Source: an archaeon GW2011_AR10
GTDB taxonomy: Archaea; Iainarchaeota; Iainarchaeia; Iainarchaeales; GW2011-AR10
DNA length: 32,000 nt
Assembly: GCA_000830275.1 (NCBI GenBank)
Contig: CP010424.1
Span: forward strand, 270,001 to 302,000
Direction: 5' to 3'
The position numbers and the translations under genes are program-made. Shown in pieces: positions 1 to 8,836 of the stretch; position 1 is the first letter of the stretch, and each line of letters opens with the position of its first letter. Below the pieces are notes generated by a model. The model ran no database searches. It saw only the letters and a program-made list of their open reading frames with translations, and had not been told where the DNA came from.

Positions 1-124
1 TCAGCATCAACAAAATCAGGCCAAGCACAAACCATTGTGACTTGATTACGGCAATTTCTTTTGCAGCAATTCTTGCAATCCTTGCTCCAGGCAGCTTTTC
101 CAGCAGCTCTTTCAATGCAGGCAT
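1..124 (-). CDS. ABC-2 type transporter permease, N-terminal fragment (gene runs off the window start)
   Basis: Hand translation of the reverse strand from ATG at 124-122 gives MPALKELLEKLPGARIARIAAKEIAVIKSQWFVLGLILLML, open to position 1. It starts 1 nt after the stop (126-128) of the upstream ABC ATPase, the usual ATPase-permease pairing. A hydrophobic segment begins near residue 31. Confidence 0.5.
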   Translation of the reverse strand, partial: MPALKELLEKLPGARIARIAAKEIAVIKSQWFVLGLILLML

Positions 125-125
125 T

Positions 126-1157
126 TCAGTTCCTCAGTTGTTGTCCTGTAACATTCATGAAAACATCCTCTAAATCTGGCTCCTTGATTCTGGATGAAAC
201 AATCTCGTAACCTTCTTTTACAAGCCATTCTGTGATGCTGGCAATTTTTTCAAGCGCGCGTTCCGGAAGTAAAGAAATTATTAAGTAGTTTCCAGCTGCA
301 TTCACGTCACTGCCTTTCAGCGTGCCTTTAATCGCGTCAACTATTATTTTTTCAGGCACCTTGTTTAGTTTCACTACCAGCACTTTAACCCCGCCAAAGC
401 TTGCGATTAGTTCCTGCGGCGTTCCGCTTAAGAGCACTTTTCCGTCGCTTATCAGCCCAATGCGGTTGCACAAGTGCTCTGCTTCATCCATGTAATGGGT
501 TGTAATGCAGATGGTTTTGCCTTGGTGCTTTAGCTCAAAAATTTTTTCCCAGAAGTGCTCTCTCACCTTTGGGTCCAACCCAACAGTTGGCTCATCCATG
601 AAAATAACTTTAGGGTTATTCACGAGAGAGCACGCAATGTTCAGCAGCCTCTTGTAGCCGCCGCTCAAATTTTCTGCCTGCCTTTTCCTGAAGCTGCTTA
701 ACCCCAGCCATTCAATCAGGTAATCAGTCCGCTTTTGAAGTTCTGCTCCAGTTAAGCCGTACATTGCTCCAAAAAACTTAAGGTTCTGTTCAACTGTGAA
801 GCTGTAAAAAAAGCTTGTTTCCTGCGGTACAATCGCAATAAACCCTTTTATTTTGTCATAGTTTGCTGTTAGTTCTGCTCCAGAAAAATTTACTGTTCCC
901 GAATCGGCTTTTCCAAGGCCTGTCATGATTTTTGCAAGCGTTGATTTGCCCGCACCATTCGGCCCAATAAGGCCGAACACCTCTCCCTGCATTATGTCAA
1001 GCGAGACATCGTTGAGTGCCTGAAAGTTTCCATAGAATTTGTTTATGCTTCTAATCTGAACAATTGGTGCAGCTGCTGCGTAACCTCTTTTTTCTTGAGT
1101 TTTTGCTTCAGCCCCTTTAACCGCTTCCTTTGCTTGAACTGCGTTTTCAGCAGGCAT
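126..1157 (-). CDS. ABC transporter ATP-binding protein (ABC-2/DrrA-like exporter type)
   Basis: Walker A GPNGAGKST, ABC signature LSGGYKRLL, Walker B VIFMDEPTVGLD, H-loop TTHYMDEAE. C-terminal extension typical of ABC-2 ATPases. Confidence 0.9.
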   Translation of the reverse strand: MPAENAVQAKEAVKGAEAKTQEKRGYAAAAPIVQIRSINKFYGNFQALNDVSLDIMQGEVFGLIGPNGAGKSTLAKIMTGLGKADSGTVNFSGAELTANYDKIKGFIAIVPQETSFFYSFTVEQNLKFFGAMYGLTGAELQKRTDYLIEWLGLSSFRKRQAENLSGGYKRLLNIACSLVNNPKVIFMDEPTVGLDPKVREHFWEKIFELKHQGKTICITTHYMDEAEHLCNRIGLISDGKVLLSGTPQELIASFGGVKVLVVKLNKVPEKIIVDAIKGTLKGSDVNAAGNYLIISLLPERALEKIASITEWLVKEGYEIVSSRIKEPDLEDVFMNVTGQQLRN

Positions 1158-1303
1158 AATTGTTAAACAGTTCTTTAATATTTAAATGTAGCCTTCCTGC
1201 ATTTTTTCCCTGTTTTTTTCCCAAACCCCCCAACAAAAGTTTATATATTACTTTGCACTTATATTTTTCAGTTATTTTTGAATTGTTTTTGAATTGTGGT
1301 GTG

Positions 1304-2062
1304 ATGAAGGGAAAATTTTTCGCTGCATTTGCTTTATTTGCTTTGCTAATTGTTTCCGGTTGCATTTCGAATGAAGGAACTTTGCTTGTTAATGTTTTTG
1401 ATGTAACGGAAGCTGATGATGTTGAAAGCAAACCCCCTTTTTTGCCTGGTGCTACTGTTGAGGTTTACTCTAACTCAGGTTTGGCTGCAATAGCAAAAAC
1501 CGACAATAATGGCAAAGTTTCCTTTGAGCTTGCGGTAGGCGACTATGACGTGGTTGCTTCAAAAGATGGGTATGGAAAAGAAAAGCAGGAAACAACAGTT
1601 TCAGCTAACCAAACAACTAACTTAGAATTCCTGCTTGAAAAAGCTGGTGGCGGAGGCGGCGGAGGGGACAGCAATGTTGTTTCAGGAGGGGGCAGCGAAG
1701 GGCTTGTTTCCCCTGCATTTGAAATTGCCTATCACCGCGTTTGGCTGAACTTTGACGATGGGCAAGGAAAAATTATTAGTGCTGCTCCAGTGTCTGGTTT
1801 TGATTCCTGTTTTGATATTCTTATGAGCACTGGCACTGAAGCAGTCTGCGCGGAGGGAAAAACCTACAACCAAGGCGAAAAGTGCAGGTATTACTTGCAG
1901 GAGACTGCAAACAACCCGAACATTGACGAGGACAGGTGCGTTCTAGAAATCAGTTTCGAGGAAGGAAGCAGTGGAAAACAAGGCAAGAGGTTCTTTGAGA
2001 GCGACGGAAACTCTTCAAGCATTCACAGGGAAAGCATCAGGGAAATTTCTGACTCGCGCTGA
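1304..2062 (+). CDS. Secreted putative lipoprotein with a carboxypeptidase-regulatory-like (CarboxypepD_reg) beta-sandwich, a Gly-rich linker and a Cys-containing C-terminal domain
   Basis: ATG at 1304 gives MKGKFFAAFALFALLIVSGC (signal peptide plus lipobox-like SGC). The segment ATVEVYSNSGLAAIAKTDNNGKVSFELAVGDYDVVASKDGYGKEKQETTV matches the CarboxypepD_reg pattern. A GGGGGGG linker follows. The 48 codons upstream in the ORF track look like non-coding promoter sequence. GGTG lies just before the ATG. Confidence 0.7.
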   Translation: MKGKFFAAFALFALLIVSGCISNEGTLLVNVFDVTEADDVESKPPFLPGATVEVYSNSGLAAIAKTDNNGKVSFELAVGDYDVVASKDGYGKEKQETTVSANQTTNLEFLLEKAGGGGGGGDSNVVSGGGSEGLVSPAFEIAYHRVWLNFDDGQGKIISAAPVSGFDSCFDILMSTGTEAVCAEGKTYNQGEKCRYYLQETANNPNIDEDRCVLEISFEEGSSGKQGKRFFESDGNSSSIHRESIREISDSR

Positions 2063-2126
2063 TTCAATAACCAAATGAGCCCCTGTCAAAACCCTTTTAA
2101 ACAACTTTAGCTAATTATTTAACGCT

Positions 2127-2648
2127 ATGAGCATGAAACCATTGCAATTAGTTGCGTTAATTGTTTTGCTAATATTTTTGTTCAGCGGCTGCATTAAGCG
2201 CCAGGGTAGCGCAGAAGAAATTCCGTCAGATGAATTTGGACAGCAGCCAGGAGGGGAACTGCCTTCGCCTGAAGACACCATTGAAATAATTGTTCCCCAA
2301 AGGCAGGATGGCAGCGTTCCGGTCACTGCGCGTGTTGGAAAATTCAAGCTGCTTGAGGGCAGTGTTCTTTCAAACCTTCATGGCTTGAATGAGTTTGCTG
2401 GAACAAGCCTTTCAATAAAGGTTGACCAGATTTTTTTCCAGAACTTTCCTTTAGGTCCTGTTGCAAGGCTCCAGTTGCTTGATGATTCAGGAACCGTTAT
2501 TAGGACTGCCTTGGTGAGGCAAGGCAACAATGTAACTGAGAGGCTGAGCGGTTCAGGCCAAGGAACGCTTTTTCTCGAGCAAATAACTGTTGCGGAAATC
2601 AGCTATACTGACACGCCGAGGGACTACATTGAGCTAGAAATTGGCTGA
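2127..2648 (+). CDS. Hypothetical secreted putative lipoprotein
   Basis: MSMKPLQLVALIVLLIFLFSGC is a signal peptide with a lipobox-like FSGC. I recognise no other family. Confidence 0.6.
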   Translation: MSMKPLQLVALIVLLIFLFSGCIKRQGSAEEIPSDEFGQQPGGELPSPEDTIEIIVPQRQDGSVPVTARVGKFKLLEGSVLSNLHGLNEFAGTSLSIKVDQIFFQNFPLGPVARLQLLDDSGTVIRTALVRQGNNVTERLSGSGQGTLFLEQITVAEISYTDTPRDYIELEIG

Positions 2649-2650
2649 CC

Positions 2651-4201
2651 TCAGTGCCTGAAATGCCTTATGCCAGTGAAAACAAGCGAGATTTTGGCCT
2701 TGTTTGCTGCTTTAACTACTTCCTCATCCTTTACGCTGCCGCCCGGCTCAATTAGCCCTGCCACGCCTGCTTTTGCAGCTAGCTCAATGCTGTCAGCGAA
2801 TGGAAAAAAACCATCTGAAGCAATAACCGAGTTTTGGGCTCTTTTTCCTGCTTTTCCTATTGCAATTTTTACTGCTTCAACCCTGCTTGTCTGGCCTGCG
2901 CCAATGCCTATTGTCTGGTTTTCTTTAGCTAAAACAATTGCATTGCTTTTAGCGTGCTTTGCAACCCTCCAAGCAAAAAGCATTGAGGAAAGCTCCTTTT
3001 TTGAGGGCTTTTTCTTTGAAACAAACTTGAGGTCTCTGGAGGAAATGCCTTTGGTGTCGCGTTCCTGAAGCAGCAGGCCGCCTACAACTTTTTTGAAGGA
3101 GAACTCGTCAGAGTAACTGAATTGCCGGTCAAGGCCGTTCACTCTTAGAACCCTCAAATTTTTTTTCCTTTTCAAAATATTTAATGCAACTGAATCAAAG
3201 TCAGGTGCAATGACTATTTCATTGAAAAATGAGGTTATTTTTTTTGCAGTTGCAGTGTCGCATTTCCTGTTAAATGCAATTATGCCGCCGAAAGCGCTGG
3301 CAGGATCGCATGCAAGCGCTTTCCTGAAAGCATCAGAAACTGAATTAGAGGAAGCTGCGCCGCACGGGTTCCCGTGCTTTATTATTACGGCTGCTGGTTC
3401 CCTGAATTCTTTCACTAACTCGATTGCTGCGTCAGCGTCAAAAATGTTGTTGAAAGAAAGCTGTTTTCCGTTCATCACTTCAGCTATTGCAATGCAGGGC
3501 TCTTTCACTGCCGGCTCTTTGTAAAAAGAGCCTTTCTGCTGGTAGTTTTCCCCATACCTTAAGTCCATTATTTTTTCAAACGAGGCAGTGAATTTTTCAG
3601 GAAAACTTTCAGTGGAAAACTTTCTCCAGAAAAACTGGGAAATAATGGTCTCATAAGCTGCTGTTTCACTGAATGCTTCTACTGCAAGCCTTTCTCTGGT
3701 GGAAAAGCTTATTCTGCCATTGCTTTGAATTAGTTCATCCATAAGTGCAGCGTATTGTTTTGGGGAGCTTACAACTGCAACCCTTTCAAAGTTTTTTGCA
3801 GCAGCGCGAAGTAATGCAACTCCGCCGATGTCAATTTTTTCAATTATGCTTTTCATATCCTCTGTTTTTGAAGCGGTTTCCTTGAATGGATAAAGGTTCA
3901 CTACTATCAAATCAATCGGCTTTATTTTGTGCTTTCTGAGTTCAGCTTCATCAGCTTTTGTCCGGCGTGAAAGAATTCCGCCAAAAATTTTTGGGTGAAT
4001 GGTTTTAACCCGTCCTCCTAAAATTTCCGGAAAAGAGGAAATGGACTCGATTTTTTTTGCCGGAATCCTTGCCTTTTTGAGCAATTCAGCTGTTCCAGAG
4101 CTGGCAATTATTTCAACGTTGAACCTGTTTAGGATTCTCGCAAGCTCTGCTATTCCTTGCTTGTCTGAAACTGAGATTAGGGCCCTTTGGAGTTTAACCA
4201 C
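2651..4201 (-). CDS. purH: Bifunctional AICAR formyltransferase / IMP cyclohydrolase
   Basis: Motifs ALISVSDKQG, KTIHPKIFGGIL, VVNLYPF, DIGGVALLRAAAKNF, IIKHGNPCGAA, SAFGGIIAFN, GIGAGQTSRVEAV, ASDGFFPFADS, EPGGSVKDEEV and the terminal FTGIRHFRH. Length 516 aa. Confidence 0.95.
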   Translation of the reverse strand: MVKLQRALISVSDKQGIAELARILNRFNVEIIASSGTAELLKKARIPAKKIESISSFPEILGGRVKTIHPKIFGGILSRRTKADEAELRKHKIKPIDLIVVNLYPFKETASKTEDMKSIIEKIDIGGVALLRAAAKNFERVAVVSSPKQYAALMDELIQSNGRISFSTRERLAVEAFSETAAYETIISQFFWRKFSTESFPEKFTASFEKIMDLRYGENYQQKGSFYKEPAVKEPCIAIAEVMNGKQLSFNNIFDADAAIELVKEFREPAAVIIKHGNPCGAASSNSVSDAFRKALACDPASAFGGIIAFNRKCDTATAKKITSFFNEIVIAPDFDSVALNILKRKKNLRVLRVNGLDRQFSYSDEFSFKKVVGGLLLQERDTKGISSRDLKFVSKKKPSKKELSSMLFAWRVAKHAKSNAIVLAKENQTIGIGAGQTSRVEAVKIAIGKAGKRAQNSVIASDGFFPFADSIELAAKAGVAGLIEPGGSVKDEEVVKAANKAKISLVFTGIRHFRH

Positions 4202-4814
4202 GAATTTTCACTCTTCCGCCGACAATACTTATTTTGTGCTGCGCAAACAATTTAATTGCCTCCAGTAGGATTTCCTGTTCTGCTTTTTGCACTCTCTCCT
4301 TCAAAGAATCTGGCGTGTCACTTTTCAACACTTTAACCTTTTTCTGCATTATTATTGGGCCTTCATCAACTTGCTCTGTTACAAAGTGCAGCGTGCAGCC
4401 TGTTTCCTTTTCCTTGTTTTTTAGCACTTCCTCGTGAACATTCAAGTCCCTGCCTCCGGCATACTTTGGCAGAAGCGAGGGATGAATGTTTATTATTCGG
4501 TTCCTGAACGTGCTTAGCACTGGCTCTCTTACAATCCTCATGAAGCCAATCAGCAGCACCAGTTCAACATCATTTTCTTTGAGAATGCTGTTGATTTTTT
4601 TGTTGAATTCCTCGCTGGAGGAAAATTTTTTTCTTTCAACTGCAACTGCCTTTATTCCGTGCTTTTTTGCCCGCTCCAGAATGAATGCATCTGCCCTGTC
4701 GCTTGCCACAACAGCTATTTCTGCTTCAAGTTTCCCTGCTCCAATTGAGTCAATTATTGCCTGCAAGTCAGTTCCCTTAGTGGAGCCAAGCACTCCAAGC
4801 CTAAGCTTCTTCAT
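4194..4814 (-). CDS. purN: Phosphoribosylglycinamide formyltransferase (folate-dependent)
   Basis: GVLGSTKGTDLQAII, INIHPSLLPKYAG, GCTLHFVTEQVDEGPII. The stop overlaps the purH start by 8 nt. Confidence 0.9.
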   Translation of the reverse strand: MKKLRLGVLGSTKGTDLQAIIDSIGAGKLEAEIAVVASDRADAFILERAKKHGIKAVAVERKKFSSSEEFNKKINSILKENDVELVLLIGFMRIVREPVLSTFRNRIINIHPSLLPKYAGGRDLNVHEEVLKNKEKETGCTLHFVTEQVDEGPIIMQKKVKVLKSDTPDSLKERVQKAEQEILLEAIKLFAQHKISIVGGRVKIRG

Positions 4815-5667
4815 GCAGTGACCTCTTTGCAGCTAAAACCGTGTTCTGCATTAGTGATGCAACAGTCATTGGGCCAACTCCTCCTGGAACAGGCGAAATG
4901 AATGAAGCCCTGTTTTTAACGCTTTCAAAGTCAACATCCCCCACAAGCTTTTTTCCCTGCATTGTTATGCCGACATCAATCACTATTGCGCCTTTTTTCA
5001 CCATTTCTGCTTTAATGAGGCCCGGCTTTCCCGCAGCGGAAACAAGAATGTCTGCCTGCATTGTTTCCTTCTCTAAATCCTTTGTTTTGCTGTGGCATAC
5101 AGTTACTGTTGCGTTTTCCTTCATCAGCAGCGCGGCAACAGGTCTGCCGACAGTGCTGCTTCTCCCTAAAACAACCGCTTTTTTGCCTGCAATTTTTTGT
5201 TTAGTTGACTTAAGCAGAGCCATTATTCCTTTAGCTGTTGCTGGAACAAAGTATGGTTTTCCTGCAAAAAGCCTTCCCTGGTTGACAGAGGAAAAGCCGT
5301 CAACATCTTTTTCAGGGTTGATTAACTCCATTACCTTGACTGGATCCAAGTGCTCTGGCAAAGGCAGCTGCACAATTATGCCGTGAAACCGCCTGTCATT
5401 GTTGAGGGAAACAATTTTTTCCGCTAGGTGGTCTAAGGAAACATTGTCATTCAGGGAAACCTTTAATGCGTTAATGCCTAAGCTTTTTGCTTTCTCTATT
5501 TTTTTGTTGACATAAATGCTGCTTTCTGGAACAGAACCAAGCTGCACGATTGCGAGGCCAGGTTCAACCAGCTTTTTCTTCAGTTCAAAAATTTCTTTCT
5601 CCAGTTCAGAGTAAATCTGATTAGCTGCCTCCTTTCCGTTCAAAATTTTTGCAGCCACTTTCTTCAC
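4801..5667 (-). CDS. folD: Bifunctional methylenetetrahydrofolate dehydrogenase / methenyl-THF cyclohydrolase
   Basis: LAIVQLG, SSIYVNKK, GIIVQLPLP, DVDGF, VLGRSSTVGRP, PVPGGVGPMT. Overlaps the purN start by 14 nt. Confidence 0.93.
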   Translation of the reverse strand: MKKVAAKILNGKEAANQIYSELEKEIFELKKKLVEPGLAIVQLGSVPESSIYVNKKIEKAKSLGINALKVSLNDNVSLDHLAEKIVSLNNDRRFHGIIVQLPLPEHLDPVKVMELINPEKDVDGFSSVNQGRLFAGKPYFVPATAKGIMALLKSTKQKIAGKKAVVLGRSSTVGRPVAALLMKENATVTVCHSKTKDLEKETMQADILVSAAGKPGLIKAEMVKKGAIVIDVGITMQGKKLVGDVDFESVKNRASFISPVPGGVGPMTVASLMQNTVLAAKRSLHEEA

Positions 5668-5706
5668 GTTTCCAAACCTGCGGCAGTGTTAAACAAATTA
5701 AATGTA

Positions 5707-6954
5707 TTACTTGTAAAAAGGAAAATTCTTGCAGAAAACAGTAACATTTTTCCTGATTTTTTTCAGCGCGTTTTCATTTCCATGGTTTTTCATTGCCTTC
5801 ACAATGAAGCTGGCAACCTCTTTCATGTCTTTTTCCTTCATGCCTCTGGTTGTAATGACTGGTGTGCCAATCCGTATGCCGCTTGGGTCCCACGGGCTTC
5901 TGGTGTCAAAGGGAATCGTGTTCTTGTTGCAGTAAATTCCAGCTTTCTCCAGTGCATGTTCTGCCTGCTTTCCTGTAATGCCTTTTCCGTTCATCCATGT
6001 ATCAACAAGCATCAGGTGGTTGTCAGTACCATTTGATACAATCCTTTGCCCTTCTCCCATCATCGCTTCAGCCAGCGCCTTGGAGTTCTTCACTATCTGC
6101 TTTGCGTAATTCTTGAATTCCGGCTTTAATGCCTCGCCGAACGCAACCGCTTTTGCAGCGGTTGTTTGGTCATGTGGTCCCCCCTGTAATCCCGGAAAAA
6201 CCGCCTTGTCGATTTTTTCAGCAAATTCTTCCCTGCACATTATAACTGCGCCGCGCGGACCGCGCAGGGTCTTGTGAGTTGTTGTGGTTACAGCATCAAA
6301 GTATGGCACAGGGTTTTCGTGAACTCCTGCAGCGCATAAGCCTGCAATGTGCGCGATGTCAGCCATGCAGAATGCTCCAACTTCATCGCAAATTTTTCTG
6401 AATTCTTTGAAATTTATTTTTCTGGGGTAAGCAGTGTATCCGCTTAAAATCAGTTTCGGGTTTTCTTTTTTTGCCTGTTGCAGTATTGCATCGTAATCAA
6501 TCATTTCTGTTTCCCTGTCAACGCCGTACTGCACAAAGCGGTAAAGCTTTCCTGAAAAATTCACTTTGTGGCCGTGCGTTAAGTGGCCGCCTTCAGTTAA
6601 CTTCATTCCCATTGCAGTGTCTCCAAGCTCTAGCACCGCAAAGTAAACAGCCATGTTTGCCGGGCTTCCGGAGAGAGGCTGAACATTAACGTGCTGGGCA
6701 TTGAAGAGCTTCCTGCACCTTTTAATTGCAAGTTCCTCTATGTCGTCAATTACTTCGTTGCCTCCGTAATACCTTTTTCCGGGATAGCCTTCACTGTACT
6801 TGTTTGTTGGGACAGAGCCCATTGCCTCAAGCACCGCCTGCGAGACAAGGTTTTCTGATGGAATCAACTCGATGCCCTCCATTTGGCGCTTTTTTTCTTC
6901 CTGAATGGATTTGAAAATATCGGGATCCTGTTTCTTCAAGTAGTCCAAGTGCAT
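5707..6954 (-). CDS. glyA: Serine hydroxymethyltransferase
   Basis: [41 protein letters not shown]-lysine motif [26 protein letters not shown]. Confidence 0.95.
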   Translation of the reverse strand: MHLDYLKKQDPDIFKSIQEEKKRQMEGIELIPSENLVSQAVLEAMGSVPTNKYSEGYPGKRYYGGNEVIDDIEELAIKRCRKLFNAQHVNVQPLSGSPANMAVYFAVLELGDTAMGMKLTEGGHLTHGHKVNFSGKLYRFVQYGVDRETEMIDYDAILQQAKKENPKLILSGYTAYPRKINFKEFRKICDEVGAFCMADIAHIAGLCAAGVHENPVPYFDAVTTTTHKTLRGPRGAVIMCREEFAEKIDKAVFPGLQGGPHDQTTAAKAVAFGEALKPEFKNYAKQIVKNSKALAEAMMGEGQRIVSNGTDNHLMLVDTWMNGKGITGKQAEHALEKAGIYCNKNTIPFDTRSPWDPSGIRIGTPVITTRGMKEKDMKEVASFIVKAMKNHGNENALKKIRKNVTVFCKNFPFYK

Positions 6955-7048
6955 TTCGTGGAGCGTTCCACCACCTCTTGCGCGCTGAATAAATGCAATA
7001 GAATTAGGAATTAAGCCTTAAAAAGCGTTTCTGTTTTGATTGAGGGCA

Positions 7049-7465
7049 CTAAATTTGAAATGTTTCTATGGTGCCTCTTCTGCTGAGGTGCCGGTCAAAA
7101 TTTCTGAAGAGGAGTTCTAATCGTTCTCTTGTAATGCCGGGCCTTTTCAAATTTAGTTCCATGCACATTTGTTCAACTTTTCTTTTCTTTCTTGCTTTAA
7201 TAACTCTTCTTTCTGCAGCTTCTTCAATTAATATGATTTCAGCAAGTATTTTTTGTTTGAGATTTTCGTTAATTGGAAATTCTCTCATGAAACGTCTCTG
7301 TTCTCTAATGTGGTTTCCAAGTCCCTCAAATGGAATTCTTTGAATTCGTTTTCTTATTTCTGCAAGCTCTTTTTGGGAAGGACCAAGTTCTGCAGCTGTC
7401 TTTTCCCTAGGGGGTATTTTTCCACGCCCCATAACCTTTCTGGCAAGATGCCTTCTTTTTCCCAT
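7049..7465 (-). CDS. Hypothetical small basic helical protein (P1) with a C-terminal helix-turn-helix that resembles sigma-70 region 4.2
   Basis: ORF on the gene strand between purA and glyA. ATG at 7465; the track start at 7468 is TTG. An internal MGRGKIPP matches the MHRGKMPP N-terminus of the ORF at 31200-31706. C-terminus is QMCMELNLKRPGITRERLELLFRNFDRHLSRRG. A TATA-like gaattaataag lies about 25-33 nt upstream on the minus strand. Confidence 0.55.
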   Translation of the reverse strand: MGKRRHLARKVMGRGKIPPREKTAAELGPSQKELAEIRKRIQRIPFEGLGNHIREQRRFMREFPINENLKQKILAEIILIEEAAERRVIKARKKRKVEQMCMELNLKRPGITRERLELLFRNFDRHLSRRGTIETFQI

Positions 7466-7513
7466 CAATAATAATATTTTTTAGGCTCTTATTAATTCTT
7501 TCTGTTTTAAGAA

Positions 7514-8788
7514 TCAGCAGATGATTGTTTCGTTTCTTTCAGGGCCAACTGAAACAAATTTAACCGGAACCCCGAGAGATTCTTCAATAAGCTTCAAGTA
7601 ATCTTTTGCTTCCTTTGGAAGCTCGGAAAATTTTTTTTCTTTTCCGCTGAGGGTGAATCCCTTAACCGTTTTGTAAACCGGTTTTGCCTTCTCAACTGTT
7701 GAGGTGCTGTAAGGAAAGTTTTTCACAATCTTTCCCCCGATGTCGTACTCAACCGCAACTTTTAATTCTTTCATTCCACTTAAAACATCAAGCTTTGTGA
7801 TTGCAAGCTCTGTGAAGCCGTTCAAGCGGTGTGCTGTTCGTAGCATTGGAATGTCAAGCCAGCCAACCCTTCTTGCTCTTCCTGTTGTTGTGCCAAACTC
7901 TTCTCCTTTTTCCCTGAGGTCATCAGCCTGTTTCCCTTGGAGCTCTGTAGGGAAAGGGCCGTTGCCTACTCTGGTGGTGTAAGCCTTCACTATTCCAACA
8001 ACCCTGCTTATTTTGTTGATTGGAATGCCGATTCCTGTTGCTACGCCACCGCTTAAGGGGTGAGAGCTTGTAACATAAGGATACGTGCCAAAGTCGTTGT
8101 CAAGGAAAGTTCCCTGAGCGCCCTCAAACAATATTTCTTTTCCTTTCTCAAGCTGCGCACAGACATGGAATGAAACATCCTTGAGGAAAGGGGCAAACTT
8201 TTTTCCCAGCCTTGAGTACTCCTTGAAAACGCTTTCAGCGCTGAAATCGATTTTTTTCCCATAAACTTTTTCAAGAATTTTTTTCTTTTCCGGAAAAATT
8301 CTTTCAATTGCTTCCTCAAGCCTTCTTTCATAAACCAAGTCCTCAAACCTTATGCCTTTGCGCAGGCACTTGTCAGCATAGCACGGGCCAATGCCGCGCT
8401 TTGTTGTTCCAATGCTTCCATTGTTGCTTTCTTCTCCTGCAATGTCCAATGCGTTATGCCACGGCATTATTATGTGGCACCTTGGGTCAATGAACAAGCC
8501 TGGTTTTTTCCCAATGCTTTCAATGGTTTTAAGCTCTTCCTCCAGCACTTTTGGGTCAATTATTACGCCAGCGCCAATCATTACTGTTTTATTGTGCATT
8601 ACTCCTGAAGGCAAGTGGTGCAGTTTAACTGTGTGTTCTGCAACCTTTACTGTGTGGCCTGCGTTGTTGCCTCCCTGAAACCTTGCAACAATGTCTGCTT
8701 TCTCGCTTAAGAAATCAGTTATTTTGCCTTTGCCTTCATCCCCAAACTGCGTTCCAATGACTACAATGCCTGTCAATTCCAACCCCAC
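7514..8788 (-). CDS. purA: Adenylosuccinate synthetase
   Basis: GTQFGDEGKGK P-loop, GGNNAGHTV, GTTKRGIGPCY, TTRVGNGPFPTE, GTTTGRARRVGW. The start at 8788 is GTG. Confidence 0.93.
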   Translation of the reverse strand: MGLELTGIVVIGTQFGDEGKGKITDFLSEKADIVARFQGGNNAGHTVKVAEHTVKLHHLPSGVMHNKTVMIGAGVIIDPKVLEEELKTIESIGKKPGLFIDPRCHIIMPWHNALDIAGEESNNGSIGTTKRGIGPCYADKCLRKGIRFEDLVYERRLEEAIERIFPEKKKILEKVYGKKIDFSAESVFKEYSRLGKKFAPFLKDVSFHVCAQLEKGKEILFEGAQGTFLDNDFGTYPYVTSSHPLSGGVATGIGIPINKISRVVGIVKAYTTRVGNGPFPTELQGKQADDLREKGEEFGTTTGRARRVGWLDIPMLRTAHRLNGFTELAITKLDVLSGMKELKVAVEYDIGGKIVKNFPYSTSTVEKAKPVYKTVKGFTLSGKEKKFSELPKEAKDYLKLIEESLGVPVKFVSVGPERNETIIC

Positions 8789-8806
8789 TTAATCTTCCAG
8801 GAATGA

Positions 8807-8817
8807 TTTTTTAAAAG
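8807..8817. promoter_or_regulatory. Central TATA-like box (ttttttaaaag) in the 48-bp purA/purE divergent intergenic region
   Basis: The palindromic core ttttaaaa (8809-8816) is centred 24.5 nt from both the purA GTG (8788) and the purE ATG (8837). Confidence 0.45.
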
Positions 8818-8836
8818 AATCCTTCCTAATCATATC

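Noticed and set aside
1147-1431. 94-aa minus-strand ORF across the ABC/lipoprotein divergent promoter
   Set aside because: It spans AT-rich promoter sequence and the signal-peptide region of the plus-strand lipoprotein gene, and shows no coding-like features.
1646-1667. G-rich run (ggtggcggaggcggcggagggg) as a possible G-quadruplex or regulatory element
   Set aside because: It is in frame and encodes the poly-Gly linker of the secreted protein. Coding requirement is the simplest explanation.
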